From contig NC_068983.1 in NCBI RefSeq assembly GCF_001194135.2, positions 136,489,109-136,553,108 of the forward strand: a stretch of 64,000 nucleotides of DNA, given 5' to 3'. The stretch is from Octopus bimaculoides (Eukaryota). This document shows, in pieces, positions 1 through 10,575 of the stretch. Both the position numbers and the translations under genes were made by a program. Each line of letters begins with the position of its first letter. Positions within the stretch are counted from its first letter, which is position 1. Under the pieces are notes generated by a model. The model saw only the letters and a program-made list of their open reading frames with translations, was not told where the DNA came from and made no database searches.

Positions 1-4
1 TTTA

Positions 5-203
5 GTCGGGTTCACCAGTTATAAGTTGGTAGTCCAGAATTCATGCTGCGTTTTTTCTTCGTCGGGGGTCACCACTTTAGTAGAAAGTGGGTTATTGCAG
101 CTCAGCGGGCTGCGTGTTCGAATCACGTCGGGGTCACCAGTATAGTAGAAAATGGGTATTTGCATTCAGTGGGCTGCGTGTTCGAATCACGTCGGGGTCA
201 CCA
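5..203 (-). repeat. Tandem array of 4 PBS(tRNA-Trp) motifs, each preceded by an LTR-end-like segment (period 57-65 bp)
   Basis: GTCGGG(G/T)TCACCA ends at 17, 74, 139 and 203 on +. Units 75-139 and 140-203 contain GGCTGCGTGTTCGAATCACGTCGGGGTCACCA, which matches the recalled metazoan tRNA-Trp 3' half plus CCA. Confidence 0.9.
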
Positions 204-204
204 C

Positions 205-600
205 TTTAGTAGAAAAGTGGGTTATACATCTTTAGACGTATACCTGACTTTCCTACTATAATATTAAGGAATATAACGGAACGCTGAACTCCAGACTATC
301 AACTTAAACAACATTTATTCAGGTGGTAAATATATACATCTTTAGTTCTTGTTGTTACAGCTTCTGTTGTTGGGACGTTGTCATGTAGGTGTGAGCGAGC
401 TGTCGAGCGTAAATCCGAAAGATGTAGAGAGACAGCTTAACACGTAAAGAGGCTGTCTCCAGAGTTCGAATGTTAGAGACACTCTTGACACGTCCATTGC
501 TCTATGCTGGCCAGCAAGAAAGAGAATGAATTGAGCGGGAACGCTTGGTTGTTTAATTCTACGCATGTGTGAGACTACGCATGCGCACGGCGTTACTACA
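205..600 (-). mobile_element. 5' LTR of a Gypsy-type LTR retrotransposon (tRNA-Trp primed, CsRn1/Kabuki-like); internal region runs off the left edge
   Basis: Minus strand starts TGTAGTAACGCCGTGCGCATGCGTAGTC, matching the start of the LTR at 55397. It shares the AATAAA..GATAGT..CAGCGTT..AGGAAAG..GTATAAC U5 block with that LTR and is directly followed by PBS TGGTGACCCCGACGTGAT. The inner end is uncertain by 1-2 nt. Confidence 0.85.
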
Positions 601-1132
601 AAATATTTAGCAGATTGTATTACAGTAATAACTTTAATGCTGAAGACTGTATTATATCTCAGTCCAAAATGTATGATTATTTTTGTGAGATTTGGGGGAT
701 ATATTGGTGTTGGGTATTTGGTGGAATTTAATAAGAAAAAAATAACAAAATAGCTCATTAAGGATATTAACCTCTTATATAAAAAGTGAGTTAGAAGAGT
801 AATAGATTTGATGTAAAAGCTGTACTATTTAAAAAGCCGAGTTTGGTGTGTCATATTTCCAAAGTCCACTTGAATTCAACTACATTGTTCATCCTTTCTA
901 GGTTGATAAAATAAGTGATATACAAGAATGAGTTCAGTTCCTTGTAAATTCTTCACAAAACTCATCCAGAAAGTGCCAGACAAAATACCTTTTACTCTAT
1001 AATTTCACCTGTTTTCAAAATTAACTTTGTTTTGTCATGCCTGATATAACATGATTGCTAGGAAAGTACTGGTTAATTCTTTTCAAAGTTTGATCTTGAA
1101 CTAAATTTAAAATTGCTACAATGAGAAATTAT

Positions 1133-1568
1133 TCATCATCGTCGTTTAATGTCCGCCTAGCATGGGTTGGACAAGTTGACTGAGGACTGGCGAACCAGAT
1201 GGCTGCACCAGGCTACAATCTGATCTGGCAGAGTTTCTAAAGTTGGATGCCCTTCCTAACGCCAACCACTCTGAGAGTGTAGTGGATGCTTTTATGTGCC
1301 ACCAGCACGAATGCCGGTCAGGCAGTACTGGCAATGGCCATGCTCAAAACGGTGCTTTTTACGTGCCACCTGCACAAGAGTCAGTCCAGCGGCACTGGCA
1401 ACGACCTCGCTCGAATGTTTTTTCACGTGCCACCAGCACAAGTGCCAGTAAGGCGACACTGTTAACGATCATGCTCAAATGGTGCTATTTACATGCCACT
1501 GGCACGGAACACAGACAACTGTTCTGGCAATGATCACGCTTGGTCGTGCCATTACGATTTCAATTTCA
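1133..1568 (-). mobile_element. RTE-LINE 3' UTR fragment with (GAT)n tail and internal sub-repeats
   Basis: Same sequence as the 3' ends attached to RTE ORF2 at 20258-20547 and 45882-46776 (GGATGCCCTTCCTAACGCCAACCAC core). Confidence 0.85.
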
Positions 1569-1595
1569 TCATTATTATTATTTTATAGGTGATGA

Positions 1596-1790
1596 AGGCA
1601 ACACTCTGGCAGAATCATTAGAGCATTGGAAAATGCCTTGTGGTATTTCCTCAAAGTTTTTATATTCTGAGTTCAAATTGTGCCAGGGCTTTGATCTTTC
1701 TGGGGATCAATAAAATAAAGCACTAGTCTAGTACTGGAGTTTATGGTATTGACTAAACCTCTCCTCTCAAAGTTGCCTTGTGCAAATTTT
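1596..1790 (+). mobile_element. Degenerate tRNA-derived SINE (Nin/Deu-domain type)
   Basis: TTCTGAGTTCAAATT B-box-like motif plus decayed TTTC..GGGG.TC.ATAAAATAA..ACTAG core shared with the copy at 63510. Confidence 0.65.
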
Positions 1791-2427
1791 AGGGCTGGGT
1801 GTTTTAGGTCTTACTCACCTGTAAAATAATTGTTTTATAGGTGATGAAGAAAGGCAACCATGTATTACAGAATCTTTTTCAATAGATAATCATTTTGAGT
1901 TTGGAATCTTCCAGAGTTGATGTTGCATTTTTTTTTTCTTGTCATTGATAAAAGAAATTTTGGGTATTAATTCCATTGATTCTATACCCTGTGCCTCACA
2001 AACACTTAAAAGAACATTTATATCCAGGAAAATTAAATCATTTTTATCATAACAGCTGTTGAATTCACCACAAGATATTTATATTTCATGTATCTGGCTT
2101 TCAGTTTTGCATCGGATTACTTTGGTCTGTAAAGCTGTAACATAGTTAATTTTGTTATTGCATTAAATTAAAGCTAATTGCTTGTTTATTACATATCTTT
2201 AAATATATTAAAGTGTACTTCTTAATGGCAGATTTTAGTTGTGTATAATATTTTTAAGCAGACTATGGAAAAGATGTAAAAGTCATATTAAATTACTTTG
2301 CTCACAGGAAAATAATTATATAAGCACTAAACTTATATATCTTGGAACTTAAATATTTAGTAATTTTCAAAGTTCAGTTTCCTAACATTTTCAAGATATA
2401 CATATATATATATATGTGTGTGTGTGT

Positions 2428-2522
2428 GTATCATCATCATCGTTTAACGTCCGCTTTCCCTGCTAGCATGGGTTGGATGATTTGACTGAGGATTGGCAAA
2501 CCGGATGGCTGCACCAGGCTCC
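2428..2522 (-). mobile_element. Short RTE 3' tail copy
   Basis: CATCATCATCGTTTAACGTCCGC...GCACCAGGCTCC between microsatellites. Confidence 0.8.
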
Positions 2523-2573
<51 letters not shown>

Positions 2574-2594
2574 CATACACACACATATACATAT

Positions 2595-2822
2595 ATTTCT
2601 TTATTGCCCACAGAAGGGCTAAACATAGAGGGGACAAACAAGGACAGACAAAGGGATTAAGTTGATTACATCGACCCTAGTATGTAGCTGGTACTTATTT
2701 GACTCCGAAAGGATGAAAGGCAAAGTTGACCTCAGCGGAATTTCAACTCAGAACGTAACAGCAGACGAAATAAATATCACTAAGTATTTCGCCTGGCATG
2801 CTAACGATTCTGCCAGCTCGCC

Positions 2823-2825
<3 letters not shown>
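2595..2825 (-). mobile_element. Near full-length tRNA-derived Nin-domain SINE
   Basis: Reverse complement of the 63510-63730 copy (GGTGGCGAGCTGGCAGAATCGTTAGC..., GCCTTTCATCCTTTCGGAGTCAAATAAGTACCAG). Confidence 0.85.

Positions 2826-2826
<1 letters not shown>

Positions 2827-2909
<83 letters not shown>
2827..2909. repeat. (TA)n microsatellite
   Basis: Direct reading; about 80 bp of TA. Confidence 0.95.
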
Positions 2910-2919
<10 letters not shown>

Positions 2920-3829
2920 TTCTTTTCTTTTATTTCATATCAACCCAAAACAGTAAGTGTTCTGCTTCAGGAAAAAAACTATATTCTGAAAATGCCATTC
3001 TCATTTAATAATTTTTAACTTCTTTATTTAGCTAACCACCTTCCAGTAACATTTAATAAAATAATCAAACATGCACAAATACCTGTGCGACTTGCATATG
3101 CTGTGGCTGCTTCAGTGTAAGTAGCTAGTGTAACAGTTAAAAGGTGAAGGTGCTTTAATGATAGTTTCCTAGGTCATATGTTCACACTCATGCTTTCTTT
3201 CACATACACTGACATATACACTCACTGATGCAAACTTGTAAAATTACCACACCTACATATATAGTATATGTAGTGTATGTTTGTGTATATGTGTGTTTCT
3301 ATATGACTCTAGTCTTATGGGGTGCAACCTAACCCCACTAGTGCTGTTACCACTATAAATCTACTCGGGACACACTGTCAAATGATTGCTGAGTGAGGGG
3401 ATTCATGGGTGTCAAACAGTCTTTTTGGTATTGTTAAGAACATGACAATGTCTGTAGTGTTGGTACCATTATAGAAGGCACCCAGTACTCTCTGTAAAGT
3501 GCTTGGCATTAGGTAGGGCATCCAGCTATAGAAACCAAACCAAAATTACATGTGCAAGGAAGATGTGGTCCTCTGGCTCATCTAGAAGAGCTGTAATTCT
3601 GAATAAGAACTAATTCAGAACAGAATGACTGCTCAGCCCATTGTAGCATGACAAGCAGACATAAATTGATTTTGGTGGTGGTGGTGGTGTGTGTGTATGT
3701 TTGTGTACATTTATATATGCACATGTATGTGCTTCTGTATATATGCACATATGTAAATATATCATGATGATCATCATTTTTATATCTGCGCTTTGGTTTT
3801 GGTATGAGTTGGATGACTGTTTCAACATA

Positions 3830-4400
3830 CTCCCTCTCCTACTACCTTTTCACCCAATCACTCTGTCTCTCATCATACTCTCACATCATTATCATCATTA
3901 CTGATACCTATCACTCTCTCATACCAGCAAACATGTAGCTTCTGTTACTGATTCTTTCTCGTTATTTCCTACCATTACAGTGTCTCTTTAATTACTCTCT
4001 TCAACTGTTTCTCTTCCATTACTCCCTCTCCTAACACAGTCTCACTCTAATCACTTCATCTTCCATCATGCTCTCTCTTCTTTCACTCTTACACCCCAGT
4101 TCATCTTGCAGCACCCTCTTTATTAAGTTGTCTTGAATGAATAGACAATGTAGAATAATGAGGGCTCTTTACTCTGGCAGGATGCAAGGCAATTTTAGAG
4201 CTATAATAAAATGCACTCAGCACACTCTGTAAAATGGTTAATGAATGTGTAGAAACTGAGTAAAGCCAAAAGTAACTTTTGTTGCACCAAGGATATGACA
4301 TTTGTGCTGGTGACATTATAAAATGTACTCAGTATGCTCTTTAAAGTAGTTGGTGTTAAGAAGGGCATCCACCCATAGAAATCAACCCAAGAATGGAATG
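3830..4400 (+). mobile_element. RTE-tailed non-autonomous repeat with CT-rich 5' part and doubled tail motif
   Basis: Pyrimidine-rich tract followed by two AAAATGCACTCAG..CTCT.TAAA motifs and GTTGGTGTTAAGAAGGGCATCCA. Mirror image of the 42165-42960 copy. Confidence 0.55.
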
Positions 4401-4490
4401 TACAAGAAATGTACTTTAACAGTCTACCTAGACATGTGGTAACTCCAAAGAAGAACTGATTCAGAAGGCAACATCCATATACATTAAATA

Positions 4491-5035
4491 TAGGTGCAGA
4501 CATGGCTGTGTGGTTAAGAAATTTGCTTCCCAACCATGTGATTTCTGGTTCTTGCCCTACTATGTGGCACCTTGAGTAAGTGACTTCTCCTATACCCTTG
4601 AAAGGACCAAAATTTTGTAAGCTGATTTAGTAGACAGAAATTGAAAAAAGCTCATACACACATACACACACATTGGTGACAAGAGGGGCATCTGGGATAG
4701 AAAATCTACTTCTACAAATTTCATCTGACCCATGCAAGCATGGAAAAGTGGACGTTAAGTGATGATGACGGTATGTATGTGTGTATGTATATGTGAGTTG
4801 GGTGTATATTTGTGCCTTCTCGTCTTGACATCCTATTATAGTTGTAAATAGGTATCACTGTCATATAATTGGTGTCATTCATTTCCAGTTCACCATGCAG
4901 ACATGTCCTGATATATTACCAGGCTTGGAAACAAGTGAGGGTTAGCAACAAAGAAGGAATCCAGCTGTAGGAAATTTGCTTTAACAATTCCATCTGACCA
5001 TGCAAACTTGGAAAAGTGGATGTTAAAATGGTATT
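4491..5035 (+). mobile_element. tRNA-headed CORE-like SINE with (CA)n/(GT)n middle and RTE-type tail(s)
   Basis: TAGGTGCAGACATGGCTGTGTGGTTAAGAA head and GGCACCTTGAGTAAGTGACTT CORE-like motif. Tails end in GCATGGAAAAGTGGACGTTAA at about 4760 and 5025. Confidence 0.75.
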
Positions 5036-7269
5036 AAACATACTTTTTACCAAATGCATTTGAATATAAGCTTCATTGTGCTTCAGTATTGTTTCAGCAA
5101 ACCAGTGACTGTAGGACAATTACTTGCTCACAGCATATATTTACATATACATGCATATGCACAATTTAGAATAATATATTTAAAAACTGTTGTTATTTCT
5201 CTATACATCTGTATATATTTCTTGGTCTCTTTAGTTTGACATTATTGAGTTTTTGATTAAAAATAATATACATATTGTTTGAAGCAGAATCTTGGAAAAA
5301 AACAAGTCAGGCAGTAATATCAACAATGAGGATAAGGTGAAGGAATGTTCATGTGGTGTAATTTTACAAGTTTGGAAAAACTGCATGCTGATTAGGCAGT
5401 TTTAAAATCATAATTTTGAGGAATATAAATCTGTTTATATTGCTTAGTTTGCATTTGGGATTGGAATTTGAATACAACTGACAAGTGCTAAAGCTATTGC
5501 TGACTAAGATTCTAATTGTTTTAACATTTAGCTATTGTTTTGGATTGACTGCTCCTTAATCACTGTTCTTTGAACATTTTATACATCTTTTTCATCTTAA
5601 TTTAACAGGCAGTATTTGGCAGGATTAGTCGAGCATAGAAGAATAATTCTGTGCAGTATTTAGTTATGTCTCTTTAAGAGTTGACTTTGCCATCCTTTGG
5701 TCAGTAAGGGAACAATAAAATAAGCACCAGTCAAATGTGATCGCTCTAGTGGCATTATGCTTATGTTAGAAATCAATATTTTTACATCAAAGTTTCCACT
5801 TGAGTATTGATTGGCTAAATTGTTTTGTTTTTAGATTTGTTCATTGTTTAAAGCAAGTGTCAAGATCAAGTGTTGTAACATATTTGACAAGTTGTAGACT
5901 TTGTTTGAATGAGTTACTTGAGCTGGAATTTATTTTATATATGATTGGATGTAGTTGACTAAGTTAATAACTCAGCTGTGAAGTGAAGAGAGTGCCTATT
6001 GCAAACTAAGTGAACCAGTGCACTTTATGTTAAACACTTTTTTTTAATGACAGAAAGTATTCACTTACATTATGGACATATAGTCAACATTACTGAATTA
6101 CCAGTATGTATTTTATCAGCCCAGAGGGATAAAAAGCAATATCTTAGGAATTTGAACTTAACATCTTAAATTATTAAACTGGAATATATAAATGCATCTA
6201 CTCCTGCACTCTATTGTTCATACCTTCTCACTTACTGCAAAAAATTAATAAATAAATAAAATAAAGAGAGAGAGAAAGATAAAATAATATCAAGAAGATT
6301 AAATCATACATTATATATACAAAATAAAAGCTTCAGACATCATCAGCACCATTTAAGTAGTTCTGATATCTGCATTTATCTCTGCCAATGTAAAAATCCA
6401 AGCAATTTTTTTTAACATTGGCAACTGTTACTTTTGGATTCTCCTCTCAAAGCTAAGAAATGGGTGTCTTATTTAAGCTGACTTTTATATCTTCAAACTT
6501 AGTCTGTTTTGTAACATCTACTTTGGCTGTTGCTATGATGACCTTTTTGTAGAATGTCTTCGCCCTGAATATCAAGCTTCTCTGCATATATTCATTCCTT
6601 CTGCTATGGGTTATTGACAGCATGCCAAAGTCTACAATGACTATTGCAGTTTCTCAAAAGGAAAAAGAAAAAGGATAAATAATGTGTAGTTTTCTAGCTT
6701 CTCCTCCTTATTCTGTTTTACCAAGAATTTGCCAATATTGTTTCTGCAGAATCTGAAACTATTTCTCACAATTTAGTATATTTAGTTAATCTTAAAATAT
6801 TTTGTAACTTCAGTTTATCTTAAAATTGTTCCTCGATTGCATAACTTTAATACTATTAAATTTCATGCATATGGATAAGATATTTTTGTTTGTATGAGTG
6901 TATGCTTAATACAACTTAATATAGACGTTGATTTCTTACCTAGATGCAGGCTAATTGTTGTTGAAGAAGCTGGTTATAGTTAATCAAAGCTACCTAGTAT
7001 AACATCAAATTGCATCAAAAGGAAGGACTTGCGTAATAAGGAAAAGAAAACAAACAGGAAAGTTCTGGTCAAAATATCCTTAATTGTAGGTTTATTTGAT
7101 CAGGGTAGAACTAAGGTTAAATAACAACATTCCTTGTGGTTGGAGTGAAAATTCAACTCAGGTGGAATTTGTAATTAGACTGTAGAGGGAGAAAAAGTAA
7201 TTTAGCTCTCTGCAATTTCTAGTAAACTCACTGCTTTAGGATAAATTTAAATCATAAGGGTCTCTGTAA

Positions 7270-7460
7270 ACTTCAGGGTAACTGATAAATTTGTTGGGAA
7301 AAAGATGATAAATCAGATGGAACCAAATCACTAACATAGAGAGATCAATTAGTTCAAAGCCAGTCATGCACAACAGCCATTGAAACCAAGGACTTGTGTG
7401 CTGAAGCATTGTCCTAATGAAACAAGACCCCATTCATCAGTTTTTCTGGGTGCTTAGTCT
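7270..7460 (-). mobile_element. Mariner transposase remnant (DD34D region)
   Basis: Manual translation gives AIKTKHPEKLMNGVLFH*DNASAHKSLVSMAVVHD...SDLVPSD, matching the mariner LFHQDNAPAH and YSPDLAPSD motifs, with stops and frameshifts. Confidence 0.75.
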
Positions 7461-8267
7461 TGATAGCCTTTTATAAATGCTTTAGCAAGTTGGCATTGAA
7501 CTTGCCATTGATGGTGTAATCATTTTGAAGATAGTCAATAAACACAATGCCTTTTGCATTAACGTATAGTATATATAATAATGTGAAGTATATTTTGTAT
7601 ATTAAAATGTTTGATATCAAGCGAAGAAAACATAAACAGTAAAAGTACAAATTGCAAGTATTTCAAAATGTGGGATACTACATGACAAAAACTAACAAAA
7701 AAAGAAAGAAACTAATGGTGCTTGTGTTCCAAAGGTTTGACGAGAGTGCTCAGGAGAAGGACAGAGTGATGGGATTGAAGAGAAGAAAAGAATGAAAAGT
7801 GAAAAGAAAAACTGGGGGCTTGAATTGAATGCTAGGCAGGAGATGAAACAAAAAAAGATGTGTGATAAAATATTGGATGGTCTTTTGGTACAAAAAGTGA
7901 AGAAAGAGAGAGAGAGTGAAGTAGAGAAGGTTGGGGAAGAACAAGTCCAAAGAAAGAGAGAGTGCGGAGAAAAAAAGGGAATAAAGATAGACAGTAAGTA
8001 GTTGACAGAGGAAGAAATGGAAGGTACTAAAGAAAGGCAACAGATAGGTAGAGAGGCAGATAGAAATAGGTGGGGAAGGTTTTGCACACAAGAGGAGGAG
8101 GATAGAGAAATGGATAGAAAAGGGAGAAAATCTCACACCAAATATTGAACATTGTATGGGGTGTCACTGAGTGGGAACAGAAGTGGGGTGTGTGACATTA
8201 CATTGACTAATAACTATACAATGTTGCACACAAAGTCGACATATATATATATATATATATATATATA

Positions 8268-8520
8268 NNNNNNNNNNNNNNNNNNNNNNNNNNNNNNNNN
8301 NNNNNNNNNNNNNNNNNNNNNNNNNNNNNNNNNNNNNNNNNNNNNNNNNNNNNNNNNNNNNNNNNNNNNNNNNNNNNNNNNNNNNNNNNNNNNNNNNNNN
8401 NNNNNNNNNNNNNNNNNNNNNNNNNNNNNNNNNNNNNNNNNNNNNNNNNNNNNNNNNNNNNNNNNNNNNNNNNNNNNNNNNNNNNNNNNNNNNNNNNNNN
8501 NNNNNNNNNNNNNNNNNNNN
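8268..8520. other. Assembly gap (N)
   Basis: Run of N between (AT)n and (AG)n. Confidence 1.
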
Positions 8521-8559
8521 AGAGAGAGAGAGAGAGAGAGAAAGAAAGAAATAAATAGA

Positions 8560-9130
8560 GTTAAACGCAGGTGTTATTCAAATCTTTTTACTTCTGACAT
8601 ATGTTTCGAAGAAAACATTGGTATTACTCCAGAAGGAATAAAATGATGTAAAGCAATGCAATCTTCTCATCAGGGAAAGAAAGAAGCCAAACACATCAGT
8701 AAGACATTTTAGCAGAATGTGATGATTGCGTATATGAAGAAGGGAACACTAGCAAGTTTTTTTTTAAAAAAACACCATTGATAGATATAACGTCAAAGAC
8801 AGTTTATAGAAAGAGGAGAAGGAGAAAGAAAGAAATTAACAGAAAACTAATAGTGGAGAGATATAGAGCAATAGGTGAACAGGAATAAATCTTAAAGGCA
8901 TAGAAGTAGACATATTTAGTGGAGGTGACATGTAAGAAGAGAGTTAAAGATCGAATTTTATAGAATGGTAGAAATCACTAGAGGTATGTTTTTGCCAATG
9001 TTTGCAATGATAAACACGTTCTTTAAACATGTTTACAAAAGGATTCTCTGAGAACAGGATGAAATACATTTCATCGTTACAAAACAGACAGAAATATTTA
9101 CCTTTAAAGGTAATTCTGCACCTAAAGACT
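8560..9130 (+). mobile_element. Decayed LINE (RTE-like) APE endonuclease fragment
   Basis: Contains MINTFFKH...EQDEIHFIVTKQ, resembling the APE motif NTFF.H...IDFI; many stops. Confidence 0.55.
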
Positions 9131-9607
9131 TACGCTCGTGGATCTATGCAGGATTGCACCTATGAACTCATTCTTTGGTTGCTATAACTTCAGAAATTTG
9201 AACTGTCAACTTTTATGCTTCTTTTTTCTTCTCTCTTTCCATCACCTTATTCTTTTACTATTTTCCTCTGTGTTGTCATATTATTAATATATACCATTCT
9301 CATTTTCCATATTTTTTTCCCCCTATTTGTCTCTGATGATGGAATATCCCATACTTGGGGATATCCCAGAAACAGCTGTAAGATTTTGAATTTCTTCCTA
9401 TAATAATATTGTATATGACTTGAGATGTTTGCCTTGCCTTCATGTTTGACGTCCTGTTTAGCAATTATATATCCATTGCATTGGAAATCTGCAATGGCTC
9501 CATAACTACTGCCTTGGCTATAACTTTGGAGCCCCAGTAATCTGTTACAGCACTTATCTAGTGTACCTCCTAATCGTTTAGATCACCTGTGAACTAAACC
9601 CCCATAC

Positions 9608-9670
<63 letters not shown>

Positions 9671-9699
9671 TTGCCACATGAGCTACGATGAAAAAATAT

Positions 9700-9860
9700 G
9701 AGAAACCTATGGTATATAATTTTTTTTCTGCAGGAGTTCCTTGAGGGAAAAAAGGTTAAGAAATACTGATGTAGAGGCTGCAGATGTGGATTTTGCACCT
9801 GCTAAAAATTTTAGGGGGTGCAAGTGCACCACCTGCACCTCCTGTTCCCGGGCCCTTGGG
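9700..9860. mobile_element. Ends of hAT-like MITEs (partial)
   Basis: GAGTTCCTTGAGGGAAAAAAGGTTAAGAAATACTG resembles a hAT/Charlie-type right end. The adjacent GC-rich GGGGGTGCAAGTGCACCACCTGCACCTCCTGTTCCCGGGCCCT resembles another TIR. No partner ends found. Confidence 0.35.
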
Positions 9861-10019
9861 TATAGTCAATTAAATTTAGCCTTGTACATGATTGATACTT
9901 TATCATCCCCTATTCAGTTGCAACTCAAAATTAACTGTGACAAAATTTAAACTCAAATTAAAGGTTGCAAGTAATAATAACATTTAATAGTCAGTGTGCT
10001 CAAAAATCTTGTTTTCTGT

Positions 10020-10110
10020 GAGAAGAACATGTGCATACTGGCTCGCCATTCCTCATTCAAACCGTCCAACCCATGCCAGCATGGAAAGCAGATGTTAGAC
10101 GATGATGATG
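10020..10110 (+). mobile_element. Short RTE 3' tail
   Basis: CCGTCCAACCCATGCCAGCATGGAAAGCAGATGTTAGACGATGATGATG. Confidence 0.8.
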
Positions 10111-10182
10111 ATATAACAATTAATATAATTCTATATTGTTTATATATTTTATGTATTTCAGTTAATATTATAGCATCATTAA

Positions 10183-10395
10183 AGGCAGCAAGATAACAGA
10201 ATTTTTAGCATGCTAGGCAAAATGCTTAGCAGCTTTTCGTCTAGTTTTACCATCTTCAAATTCCACCAAGGTCAACTTTGCCTTTCATTCCTTTCAAGAT
10301 TGATAAAATAAGTATCAGTTGAGTACTGGAATTGATGTAATCAACTTACCCCTGCCCCCGAAATTCTTGACCTTGTGGTAAAATTTGAAGCCAAT
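10183..10395 (+). mobile_element. Nin-domain SINE
   Basis: AAGGCAGCAAGATAACAGAAT head and GGTCAACTTTGCCTTTCATTCCTTTC..GTTGATAAAATAAGTATCAG core. Confidence 0.8.
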
Positions 10396-10532
10396 ATTGT
10401 AGCATAATTATTTTTTCAAAGACTTCTTTGATTTATGCAATATATTTCATCATATTTAAAAAATGAATTGCATAAAATAAATTTTTATTTGAGAAAAATA
10501 TTTTAAAGCAAAGTGCATGTGGGCATACATAT

Positions 10533-10575
<43 letters not shown>

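Noticed and set aside
5-203. CRISPR array or tRNA gene cluster
   Set aside because: Eukaryotic context and no cas genes. Units hold only the 3' half of tRNA-Trp with CCA and lack the D-arm and A-box, and they sit at an LTR boundary, so they are PBS-derived.
7073-7082. ATATCCTTAA as the U12 5' splice site
   Set aside because: The upstream sequence does not encode the Cav1 ..IVEWK exon.
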